From: Bacteroidetes bacterium CG2_30_32_10
Lineage (GTDB): Bacteria > Bacteroidota > Bacteroidia > Bacteroidales > CG2-30-32-10
Length of the DNA stretch: 38,236 nucleotides
Assembly (NCBI GenBank): GCA_001872995.1
Contig: MNXO01000026.1
Span: 1-38,236 of the forward strand
Direction of reading: 5' to 3'
The notes under the pieces are model-generated. The model was given only the letters and a program-made list of their open reading frames with translations, did not search any database and was not told where the DNA came from. The position numbers and the translations under genes are program-made. Positions 1 to 7,321 of the stretch are shown here, one piece after another (positions within the stretch are counted from its first letter, which is position 1; each line of letters begins with the position of its first letter).

Positions 1-390
1 TTTAAATTTTTCTGCTACAATTTGATTCGTATTAAAAGCTAATTTGGGAGTCCTCGTATTAATTTCTTTAGCCTTTTGGGGTTCTTCTTTTATTAAAATA
101 GGTTCTTCTTTTTTTAATATTTTTAGAGGTTCTGTAACAATATGTTTTTCGCTTGTTTTGATTTCTTCACGCAGAACTTCATTTTCTTTTCTTCGATACG
201 CATTATTCAAAGCTTCTTTTTCTTCTGCTTTTTGGTTTAAATGGGAATACATTTCGTATAAATCGCGAATATCAGAAAGAATTAAATCTATTTCAATTTG
301 AGGAATATGTTCTCTATATTGGTTTATTATCGTAGATTTTTCAATAATTTTTTCGAGTTGCTGTATTATTTCTTCTTTGTTGCTAATCAT
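1..390 (-). CDS. hypothetical K/E-rich protein, N-terminal 130 codons only (continues past the left edge)
   Basis: Not in the ORF track because it has no stop in the window. Hand translation of the reverse strand from ATG (complement of 388..390) gives MISNKEEIIQQLEKIIEKSTIINQYREHIPQIEIDLILSDIRDLYEMYSHLNQKAEEKEALNNAYRRKENEVLREEIKTSEKH..., open to position 1. The start lies 2 nt after the ABC ATPase stop (393..395), suggesting coupling. Confidence 0.55.
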   Translation of the reverse strand, partial: MISNKEEIIQQLEKIIEKSTIINQYREHIPQIEIDLILSDIRDLYEMYSHLNQKAEEKEALNNAYRRKENEVLREEIKTSEKHIVTEPLKILKKEEPILIKEEPQKAKEINTRTPKLAFNTNQIVAEKFK

Positions 391-392
391 TT

Positions 393-1217
393 TCATTGTT
401 TTTTGTTTTTTAGAGCGGCATCTTGCAATTGTATCATCTTATCTTCTACATAATAAAGCTTTTCAACAAAAGCGTTGGTACGTTTAATTTCTTTTGTTCT
501 ATTGTTTGGTAAGTCCGTTGTAATGTGGTCCACTATTTCTCCAGGGTTAGCCGACATAATATAAATATCATCACCCAAATAAACTGCTTCTGAAATATCG
601 TGCGTAACAAGTATAATCGTAGGATGGACTTTTTGCCATAAGTCGAGCATAAAGTCTTGCATTTTCAAACGAGTATAAACATCTAATGCTCCAAAAGGTT
701 CATCCATTAATAGTATTTCCTGATTCACCAATAAGCTTCTAGCAATAGCTACTCGTTGCAATTGTCCGCCAGATAGCGTAGGGTATTTCGCATATTTTTT
801 TTCCTGCCCTTCTAAACCAACAATTTTAAGCATTTCCATTGCTTTTTCTTGTCTTTCTTTGGCTGGTGTTCCTTTAAATTCTAAACCAAGAGCAACATTT
901 TCTAAAACAGTCATCCAAGGAAATGATGAATATTGTTGAAAAACCATTCCAATTCTATCCGTTTCCTCTCGAGGTTTTGCCTTAAGAAGCACCTCTCCAT
1001 TAGAGGGTTGTTGTAAGCCCGCAATATATCTTAAAATGGTAGATTTCCCGCAACCTGAAGCTCCTAAAATAATCACAAACTGTCCTTGATTGGGTTTGTC
1101 TTCGATTAGCAAGTTAAGATTTTTAATTATCATTGTTTTCCCATTATCATAAGTTTGATTTACATTACGTAATTCAATTATATCGGGAAGTGGAGAGTTA
1201 TCAAATATAAATGCCAT
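393..1217 (-). CDS. ABC transporter ATP-binding protein, NitT/TauT (nitrate/sulfonate/bicarbonate) type
   Basis: Walker A GASGCGKST, ABC signature LSGGQLQRV, Walker B ILLMDEPF and H-loop VTHD. Overall similarity in pattern to TauB/SsuB/NrtD-like ATPases. ATG start. Confidence 0.93.
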   Translation of the reverse strand: MAFIFDNSPLPDIIELRNVNQTYDNGKTMIIKNLNLLIEDKPNQGQFVIILGASGCGKSTILRYIAGLQQPSNGEVLLKAKPREETDRIGMVFQQYSSFPWMTVLENVALGLEFKGTPAKERQEKAMEMLKIVGLEGQEKKYAKYPTLSGGQLQRVAIARSLLVNQEILLMDEPFGALDVYTRLKMQDFMLDLWQKVHPTIILVTHDISEAVYLGDDIYIMSANPGEIVDHITTDLPNNRTKEIKRTNAFVEKLYYVEDKMIQLQDAALKNKKQ

Positions 1218-1228
1218 ATTTCTTTTTT

Positions 1229-2299
1229 TTACTTGTGTTTATAAGGAAATAAAACTTTATCTAACCAAACAAAAAGTCTATCTTGAAGAACGCCTATTAT
1301 AATAATAACCAGTAGAATTGCAAAAACTTTATCTAAGCGACTTTGTCGGGCAGCAGTATATATCAAAGCTCCTACACCGCCTGTTTTATTAACCAACTCA
1401 GCAACAATAATATAGGTCCAAGATATGGCGGTTAAAACGCGAATGTCATCAAAAATTCTTGAGGTAACAAAGGGCCAATAAACCCTACGAACCAATTGCC
1501 AATTGCTTGCCCCCATCGTGTATGCTGTTTGCAAATAGATGGTATCTATTTGACTGATTCGAAAAACAACGACTGGTAATAAATAAACAATAATACCAAA
1601 AGCAAGAAATTGCACCTTCATATTGGTTTCTATACCAAACCAAGCAATAAATAAACCTGTTACAGCGGTTAGCGGCAAAAATCGAATGGCTTCTATGTAT
1701 CTATTCAGCATACTTTTGAAAAACGGAATCAACCCAATTATAAATCCAAATAGAATGGATATAATGATTGCTTCGAGATAACCCAAAAGGTTGAGTTTGA
1801 TAGAATACAAAGTGTTGCGAACCAGTAAATCTTGAAAATGCAATTCTTTAAACGAAGCTATAACACTATAAGGAGATGGAAGAACTCCTCTTTGAACTAA
1901 ACTTTTCTTTCGAAGTGTTACTTTTAAGGTATCCGAATTGATTTTCTTACCAGAAAAATCTATTGTTTCAATAAAATAGTTTCCATTTTTTCTTATTTTG
2001 CATTCGCTTCTTGTTTCTCCGTCAATTGCATTTCCATCAACAAACCATTGATAATGATTTGCTTTGTATCTACAAATCAAAGTATCGGTTTGGTTTTTTG
2101 TATCTATGTCTGGTCTTTTAATAGAATTATAAATGCTATCTGTTAAATAATATTTACTTGAATTGGTATAATCTACCGTTGGTTTTCCTATATTTGCTGT
2201 TATAAGATACCATATCAGTAAAATTAAAACAAACCCTGATATTTCAATCAGGGCTGATGTTTTATTTGGTAATTGATGATTTATTTTGAAAAATTGCAT
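1229..2299 (-). CDS. ABC transporter permease (TauC/SsuC-like) with an extra ~125-aa periplasmic insert after TM1
   Basis: The C-terminal ~200 aa are multi-helix hydrophobic with the EAA-type loop TAYTMGASNWQLVRRVYWPFV. It lies 11 nt upstream of the ATPase gene. At 356 aa it is about 100 aa longer than typical family members. Confidence 0.88.
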   Translation of the reverse strand: MQFFKINHQLPNKTSALIEISGFVLILLIWYLITANIGKPTVDYTNSSKYYLTDSIYNSIKRPDIDTKNQTDTLICRYKANHYQWFVDGNAIDGETRSECKIRKNGNYFIETIDFSGKKINSDTLKVTLRKKSLVQRGVLPSPYSVIASFKELHFQDLLVRNTLYSIKLNLLGYLEAIIISILFGFIIGLIPFFKSMLNRYIEAIRFLPLTAVTGLFIAWFGIETNMKVQFLAFGIIVYLLPVVVFRISQIDTIYLQTAYTMGASNWQLVRRVYWPFVTSRIFDDIRVLTAISWTYIIVAELVNKTGGVGALIYTAARQSRLDKVFAILLVIIIIGVLQDRLFVWLDKVLFPYKHK

Positions 2300-2361
2300 A
2301 TTTGCTTAATTTATTTTTGTTTATTTATTTCATGAAAGCAAAATATTTTTAACAACCAGTA

Positions 2362-3891
2362 TTATTCTGCTAACAATTCAAAATCAGTTCTTCTGTTTTT
2401 TGCTTTTCCTTCGGTTGTTGTGTTCGGAGCTACAGGTTTACTTGAGCCATTACCAACGATTATAAAACGATTGGGGTCAAATTTGTATTCTTTAACTAAA
2501 TAATCAACCACTGTTTTTGCTCTGTTGTATGATAATTTTTTGTTTGCAGCATCACTTCCAATATTATCGGTATTTCCTTCAATTCGAATACGTGCATTAG
2601 AAAATGATTTGGCAATATCAACAAATTCGTTGTCAATTACATATTTTGAATTGTCATCAAGCATATAGGAACCAGAAGGGAATACAATACTTACCCTTTT
2701 GGTAGAAATAGCATCTATTTTTTTAGTTTTGTCTGTTAGTTGGGTAAATTTGGTGTTTTCTTCGGCTTCATATCCTGAACCACTTAATTTAACGTTTGAA
2801 ACGATTGATGAATTAGATACAAAACGCCAACTTGGAACTTCACCAGTGATTAAACCTATTTTTTGATATTTAAGCGACATTTTGTTGTAAATATCTTCTC
2901 CTTTTACGCCATTGTAATTGCCATTAATGTTAAAGAAATTAATATTGTCGCCATAAGTACACAATCTTACATTGTTAATTGCTTGCAAACAAAAGTCTTC
3001 GGGTTGTTGCATGCCATCGGCTAAGATTTTTGCAGCTTTATTTTTGGCATCATTAGAGGCGTTAAGTTCTGCAGAGCCTTTCATCCAACCTTCGAACAAT
3101 TGTTCGAGCATTTTTTTGTTTTTATCAATATATTCTTTTTTAGCAAAGAAAACATCGGCGATGATAAACGAAGCTTGTTTAGTGTTTTGTAGCACTTTGG
3201 AACCAGAAATTTTAGCCACACAATCGGCATCGTCTGGGCTCCAAACCACTGCTGCATCTACCGTTCCTTTTTTAAATAAATCGGCGGCTTCTAAACCACT
3301 GGCAACTTTCACTGCTTCTATGTCGGAGTATTGCATATTGTTGGCTTCCAGCAACCAAAGGAGGAAAGTGTTGCTTGCAGTCATTTCTGCAAAAGCTATC
3401 TTTTTTTCTTTTAAATCGGCAACATTGTTTATTCCTTTTCTTACTACAATGGCATCTCCACCTCTCGACCAGTCGCATTGAAAGATTATTTGTGGATTAA
3501 ATTCTTTTAATGAATTTACTTCAGTGGTATATGAATCAACAGTTGCATAAACAACATCTATATTTCCTGATTTCCAAGCTTCGCGGCATTGGTTAAAATC
3601 GTCTAATAATTTAAAGTCAACCAAGAAACCATAATCTTTATAAAATCTTGAATTTTTAGATGGTTTAAACCCTTCGTTAAAGAATTGACCACCTGCAAAA
3701 CCGCCCCAAGTATTAACGCCAATGCGAATTACTTTTTCTCCTTTTAGGTCTTCGGGTAAGTCGGAATTGTTTTTATCGCCACCTGGTGCTATTTTATCAA
3801 TGAGTCCAAGTTTGTAAACTGCAAATACCAAGCCGCCTATGATAACAGCGACAATTAATAGTTTTGAAAATGGGGTAAGTTTCTTTTTCAT
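2362..3891 (-). CDS. membrane-anchored ABC substrate-binding protein (NMT1/TauA-like) fused to a C-terminal OmpA-like domain
   Basis: N-terminal hydrophobic anchor LLIVAVIIGGLVFAVYKL. Central region has SBP-like segments (IRIGVNTWGGFAGG, GGDAIVVRKG, KKIAFAEMTASN, DAAVVWSPD). The last ~110 aa carry the OmpA_C signature NTDNIGSDAANKKLSYNRAKTVVDYL ... NRRTDFELL. It is the first gene of the ABC operon. Confidence 0.85.
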   Translation of the reverse strand: MKKKLTPFSKLLIVAVIIGGLVFAVYKLGLIDKIAPGGDKNNSDLPEDLKGEKVIRIGVNTWGGFAGGQFFNEGFKPSKNSRFYKDYGFLVDFKLLDDFNQCREAWKSGNIDVVYATVDSYTTEVNSLKEFNPQIIFQCDWSRGGDAIVVRKGINNVADLKEKKIAFAEMTASNTFLLWLLEANNMQYSDIEAVKVASGLEAADLFKKGTVDAAVVWSPDDADCVAKISGSKVLQNTKQASFIIADVFFAKKEYIDKNKKMLEQLFEGWMKGSAELNASNDAKNKAAKILADGMQQPEDFCLQAINNVRLCTYGDNINFFNINGNYNGVKGEDIYNKMSLKYQKIGLITGEVPSWRFVSNSSIVSNVKLSGSGYEAEENTKFTQLTDKTKKIDAISTKRVSIVFPSGSYMLDDNSKYVIDNEFVDIAKSFSNARIRIEGNTDNIGSDAANKKLSYNRAKTVVDYLVKEYKFDPNRFIIVGNGSSKPVAPNTTTEGKAKNRRTDFELLAE

Positions 3892-3917
3892 AATTGTGTT
3901 TTTTAAAATTTTACTTA

Positions 3918-3925
3918 CAAAAGTA
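3918..3925 (-). promoter_or_regulatory. candidate Bacteroidota -7 promoter box (TACTTTTG) for the ABC operon
   Basis: The reverse complement of caaaagta matches TAnnTTTG. It lies 27 nt upstream of the ATG at 3891. Confidence 0.4.
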
Positions 3926-4025
3926 TAATTTTATTTTAATTCATTTATTATTTATCGTAAGTTTTATTGATTTATTTTTTTGATTTTAAAATTAGTCAAA
4001 TGAGTAAAAATGTGCTGCAACTATT

Positions 4026-4601
4026 TTAAGTTTTCACCAAGTATTTTGCAGAAAGGGAAGCATATAGCTTATAAACACCTATTGCAATAACTATTCCCAC
4101 TATTGCTCCGCAAAGTATGTCAGCTGGATAATGAACTCCTAAATAAATTCTGGTATAGCATAGCAAAGTTGCCCAAAAGATTAATAGAATAGGTAAATAT
4201 TTCACTTTTTTTCTAAGAAACAAGATGGTAAGCGTGGTGATTCCGAAAAAATTAGTGGCATGCGAGGAAACAAAACCATAGTCTCCTCCACGATAGCCGT
4301 TTACTAAATGCACCAACCCTTCTAAGGAGGGTTCGTGCGAAGGTCGGAAACGATGAAAGAAGTTTTTAAACAAATGAACTGAGGTTTGATCCGAAATAGT
4401 TACCAACAATGCATAAGCAAGTATGATGTAGAAGGTTTGGTATTTGTAGTGCTTAATAATAAAATATAATAGCAATAAATATACAGGAATCCATAAATAT
4501 CCTTTGGTCATCCAATACATGGCTACATCAAAAAAAGCATTGTGTTTGCTATTTAAAAACAAAAACAAGGTAGTATCCCATTGTTTCAATGTCTCTATCA
4601 T
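4026..4601 (-). CDS. PAP2-family lipid phosphatase (undecaprenyl-diphosphatase/phosphatidate phosphatase type)
   Basis: Carries the three PAP2 motifs: KNFFHRFRP (KxxxxxxRP), VSSHA (SxH) and TRIYLGVHYPAD (SRxxxxxHxxxD). Polytopic membrane protein. Confidence 0.88.
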   Translation of the reverse strand: MIETLKQWDTTLFLFLNSKHNAFFDVAMYWMTKGYLWIPVYLLLLYFIIKHYKYQTFYIILAYALLVTISDQTSVHLFKNFFHRFRPSHEPSLEGLVHLVNGYRGGDYGFVSSHATNFFGITTLTILFLRKKVKYLPILLIFWATLLCYTRIYLGVHYPADILCGAIVGIVIAIGVYKLYASLSAKYLVKT

Positions 4602-4696
4602 TACTTTGTGTATAGATTGTTAATTATTAGTAAGCATTTTAAATATAGAACATCGTTAATTATGATTTATTAAGAAAAGGAACAAATTTTTAATGA

Positions 4697-5482
4697 TCAA
4701 ACTACCTGTTTTTTTTTTCTCAACACCATAAAGTATATCCCAACCAAAATAAAAGGAATACTATAAAGTTGTCCAAGGTTTAAGAGCATAGATTTTTCGC
4801 TATCAACCTGGGGTTCTTTAAGAAATTCTAATAAAAATCGAATGGTGAACAATAGCACTAAAAATGCACCAAACACAAAGCCCGATTCGTATTTGTCTTT
4901 GGTTTTCTGGTATAATTTATATAAGAAGAAAAATAAAAGTAAGTAAGAAAGTCCTTCGTAGATTTGAGTAGGGTGGGAGGGTAGCGAATTCTCTCTCACA
5001 AAAATAAAAGCCCAAGGCAGGTTTGTTGGATATCCGTATATTTCGGAGTTCATTAAATTGCCCATTCTGATAAAAAAGCCTGCAGAGGCAATCACAATAA
5101 CCAATTTATCTAACACCCATAAGTATTTTTTACCAGTCTTTTTGCAAAAAAGATAGATGGAAAATAAGATACCAATAGCAGCTCCATGACTAGCAAGACC
5201 ACCTTCCCAAATTTTAAGAATTTGAAGTGGATGGGTAAGAAAAAATGCCGGTTCGTAAAGCAAACAATGTCCCAAACGCGCTCCAATAATGGTGCCCAAA
5301 CCAACGTAAAGCGTTAGTTTATCGAGAAGCTCGATGGGAATTTTTTCTTTTTTAAAGAGATTGGCAAGTATGAGGTATGCAAAAATGAAGGCTGATGCAA
5401 AAAGCAAGCCGTACCATCTTAAGGGAAATCCTAATATGTTGAAGATTTCGGGGTTTACATTCCAAGTAATATATGTAAGCAT
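4697..5482 (-). CDS. lgt: prolipoprotein diacylglyceryl transferase
   Basis: N-terminus FPLRWYGLLFASAFIFAY, plus motifs RMGNLMNSEIYG (GRxGNFxNxE-like) and HPTQIYE. Polytopic, 261 aa. Confidence 0.92.
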   Translation of the reverse strand: MLTYITWNVNPEIFNILGFPLRWYGLLFASAFIFAYLILANLFKKEKIPIELLDKLTLYVGLGTIIGARLGHCLLYEPAFFLTHPLQILKIWEGGLASHGAAIGILFSIYLFCKKTGKKYLWVLDKLVIVIASAGFFIRMGNLMNSEIYGYPTNLPWAFIFVRENSLPSHPTQIYEGLSYLLLFFFLYKLYQKTKDKYESGFVFGAFLVLLFTIRFLLEFLKEPQVDSEKSMLLNLGQLYSIPFILVGIYFMVLRKKKQVV

Positions 5483-5501
5483 TGGTGCAAGTTTTTATTT
5501 G

Positions 5502-5509
5502 CAAATTTA
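5502..5509 (-). promoter_or_regulatory. candidate -7 promoter box (TAAATTTG) for lgt
   Basis: The reverse complement of caaattta matches TAnnTTTG. It lies 20 nt upstream of the lgt ATG at 5482. Confidence 0.4.
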
Positions 5510-5663
5510 CAAGTTTTATTTTAACAAATTATTAATTTTAAAGCAACCCTTTAAATCAATGAAAAGCCCAATTTTACTAATTATAAAACAACTACGCTAA
5601 AATTATAGGTAAAAAAACCTAATTTTATTTTTAATGAATGTCCGTTATATTCCCTAAATTTAT

Positions 5664-5671
5664 TATTTTTG
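5664..5671 (+). promoter_or_regulatory. candidate -7 box (TATTTTTG) for the transposase, just inside the left IR
   Basis: Matches TAnnTTTG and lies 15 nt upstream of the ATG at 5686. Confidence 0.35.
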
Positions 5672-5685
5672 TAAAAAAACAAATT

Positions 5686-6612
5686 ATGAATCTACTCAAT
5701 TTTATAACTCAGTTTCCAGATGAAGATACTTGTAAAAATAAATTCAAGGAAATACGAGATACAGAAGGTGTGATATGTGCTCATTGTGGAGGCAAAGACC
5801 ATTATTGGAAAAAAGATAAATGGCAATATGAGTGTAAGAAATGTAAAACCAGAACTACCTTAAGAAGTGGAACAGTGATGCATGGTTCTAAATTGCCATT
5901 TCGCTATTGGTTTGTTGCTATGCATTTACTTACATCAACCAAAAAGAGTTTTTCTGCACTTGAATTACAGAGGCAACTTGGACATAAACGCTATGAACCT
6001 ATTTGGAAAATGCTTCATAAATTAAGAGAGGCAATGGGTAAAAGAGATGATAATTACACTCTATCAGGTCAAATAGAATTAGATGAAGGTTTTTTTTCAA
6101 CTGAAATAGCAATTGAAGGAAAAAACAACCCACTAAAAAGAGGAAGAGGAAGCCAAAAGAAGACCAAAGTTCTTGTTATGGTTGAAAGCAAGGAAGTTGA
6201 AGGAGAAAACACAAAAAGAGGGAAACCTCGTATAGTTGGGCATTTGAAAATGCAAGTTATTGACAATCTGAAATCAGAAACCATAACGCCTGTTGTGGAA
6301 AGTAATATATTGAAAGATTCATTAATAAATACCGACGATTCTACATCCTATAATAAATTACACGAAATAGTTAACGAACATAAATCACAAGTAATTCCAA
6401 AAGAAAAAGTTGGAGTAATTCTTCCTTGGGTACATATTACTATTAGTAATGCAAAGAGATTATTTATTGATATTTATCATGACATCAAACCTAAATATTT
6501 ACAGAGCTACTTAAATGAATTCTGCTATAAGTTTAATCGAAGATATTTTGGTGAATTCTTATTTGATAGGCTTTTGGTTGCTTGTGTAAGTTACAAAAAT
6601 AAATTTAGGTAA
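5686..6612 (+). CDS. IS1595-family (ISXO2-like) DDE transposase with N-terminal zinc ribbon
   Basis: Zinc ribbon CAHCGG...CKKCK followed by LPFRYWFVAMHLL. C-terminal DDE region has ELDEGFF, INTDDSTSYNKL and NAKRLFIDIYHDIKPKYLQSYLNEFCYKFNRR. I prefer the start at Met17 of the track ORF (MNLLNFITQFPDED) because the 5638 ATG lies inside the left inverted repeat. Confidence 0.88.
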   Translation: MNLLNFITQFPDEDTCKNKFKEIRDTEGVICAHCGGKDHYWKKDKWQYECKKCKTRTTLRSGTVMHGSKLPFRYWFVAMHLLTSTKKSFSALELQRQLGHKRYEPIWKMLHKLREAMGKRDDNYTLSGQIELDEGFFSTEIAIEGKNNPLKRGRGSQKKTKVLVMVESKEVEGENTKRGKPRIVGHLKMQVIDNLKSETITPVVESNILKDSLINTDDSTSYNKLHEIVNEHKSQVIPKEKVGVILPWVHITISNAKRLFIDIYHDIKPKYLQSYLNEFCYKFNRRYFGEFLFDRLLVACVSYKNKFR

Positions 6613-6830
6613 GTTGGCGGACATTCATATAAAATTTAGTTCATTTAATGAATAGCATTAAATCAATGGTAAATTTATAAATATTTATTTATTATTTCCA
6701 ACTATTTAAACAAATTTTTTAAGAATTTTTAACAAAAACTGTATAAACTATTGAAATACAATTGGTAAGAATTATATTTTTTTTAGGTAAAAATACTTGT
6801 TTAAAAATTAGCTGTTGTTTTGTTTTTTGT

Positions 6831-6887
6831 AAATACTTTATTTTAATTATTATAATACATTGTAAAACAACGCACAATAAAGTATTT
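6831..6887. repeat. perfect 12-bp inverted repeat (AAATACTTTATT / AATAAAGTATTT) with a 33-nt spacer
   Basis: 6831..6842 is the exact reverse complement of 6876..6887. It lies in the 331-nt AT-rich spacer between the IS and padR. Confidence 0.5.
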
Positions 6888-6931
6888 TAAAAATATTCAC
6901 TACTTTGTATTGCAAGGTACTAAAAATGTTT

Positions 6932-6939
6932 TATATTTG
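6932..6939 (+). promoter_or_regulatory. candidate -7 promoter box (TATATTTG) for padR-pspC
   Basis: Matches TAnnTTTG, 21 nt upstream of the ATG at 6960. A TTG at 6910..6912 gives roughly a 19-nt spacing for a -33-like element. Confidence 0.45.
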
Positions 6940-6959
6940 CAATCTCAAATCATCAAACT

Positions 6960-7286
6960 ATGAATTTAGAAAATACAAAAGCGCAAATGCGAAAAGGGGT
7001 TCTTGAGTTTTGTATTCTTTCAATATTGTCTGAGGAAGAGGCTTATGTATCAGACATTATCAATAAAATGAAAGAAGCAAAACTAATAGTGGTCGAAGGT
7101 ACACTTTATCCTTTACTCAATAGACTCAAGAATGATGGGGTTTTAGAATATCGTTGGGAAGAGTCAAAATCGGGTCCACCTCGAAAATATTATAAAATCA
7201 CCCCATTAGGCAAAGCCATGCTCGATGAATTAATGGTTAGCTGGAATGAATTAATAGCATCAGTAAACTCTATCATAACAATATAA
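6960..7286 (+). CDS. PadR-family transcriptional regulator
   Basis: 108 aa. Winged-helix signature GVLEFCILSIL ... LYPLLNRLKNDGVLEYRWEESKSGPPRKYYKITPLGK. Confidence 0.9.
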   Translation: MNLENTKAQMRKGVLEFCILSILSEEEAYVSDIINKMKEAKLIVVEGTLYPLLNRLKNDGVLEYRWEESKSGPPRKYYKITPLGKAMLDELMVSWNELIASVNSIITI

Positions 7287-7321
7287 ATATTAACGTATTC
7301 CTTAAATTAAAAAACAGAATT

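Larger units (their letters stand above)
5634..6628 (+). mobile_element. IS1595-family insertion sequence (995 bp) with imperfect 28-bp terminal inverted repeats
   Basis: Left end 5634..5661 is ATGAATGTCCGttatattCCCTAAATTT. The reverse complement of right end 6601..6628 is ATGAATGTCCGccaacttaCCTAAATTT. The 11 outer bp are perfect and 23 of 28 match overall. A single transposase ORF lies inside, and the right IR overlaps its stop codon. Confidence 0.75.

Noticed and set aside
44-301. 85-aa plus-strand ORF at the left edge
   Set aside because: It is the antisense shadow of the K/E-rich minus-strand ORF (1..390). That ORF starts with ATG 2 nt after the ABC ATPase stop and stays open to the window edge. 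The plus-strand product is Ser/Phe-rich low complexity, as expected from the reverse of Lys/Glu codons.
2972-3481. 169-aa (+) and 68-aa (-, 3272..3478) ORFs inside the binding-protein gene
   Set aside because: Both lie fully inside a 509-aa ORF with clear SBP and OmpA motifs. Their products are low complexity with no recognisable motifs.
3892-4025. Possible riboswitch (for example TPP) upstream of the NMT1/THI5-like binding-protein operon
   Set aside because: The leader is about 27 nt from the candidate -7 box to the ATG and the whole spacer is nearly pure AT. There is no room or GC content for a riboswitch aptamer.
5110-5600. ORFs 5110..5304 (-) and 5334..5600 (+) overlapping lgt and its promoter region
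   Set aside because: One is an alternative frame and the other an antisense shadow of lgt. Neither has motifs. The second would run through the lgt start and promoter.
5598-5632. Imperfect AT-only hairpin (TAAAATTA-ta-GGT / ACC-TAATTTTA) followed by a T-run just left of the IS
   Set aside because: The stem has only three G:C pairs and a bulge, and there is no upstream plus-strand gene for it to terminate. Such structures arise easily in AT-rich spacers.
5638-5685. Upstream ATG (5638) as the transposase start
   Set aside because: This ATG lies inside the left terminal inverted repeat and adds a hydrophobic 16-aa leader (MSVIFPKFIIFVKKQI). The ATG at 5686 is preceded by a TAnnTTTG box and begins with the conserved-looking MNLLNFITQFPDED.
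6069-6284. 71-aa minus-strand ORF inside the transposase gene
   Set aside because: It is an antisense shadow within an intact transposase ORF.
5630-6653. 10-bp direct repeat TTTAATGAAT (5630..5639 and 6644..6653) as a target-site duplication of the IS
   Set aside because: The left copy overlaps the inverted repeat itself. Ends defined by this repeat (5640..6643) carry no terminal inverted repeats, so the 28-bp IR pair defines the ends better. I treat it as a chance AT-rich match.
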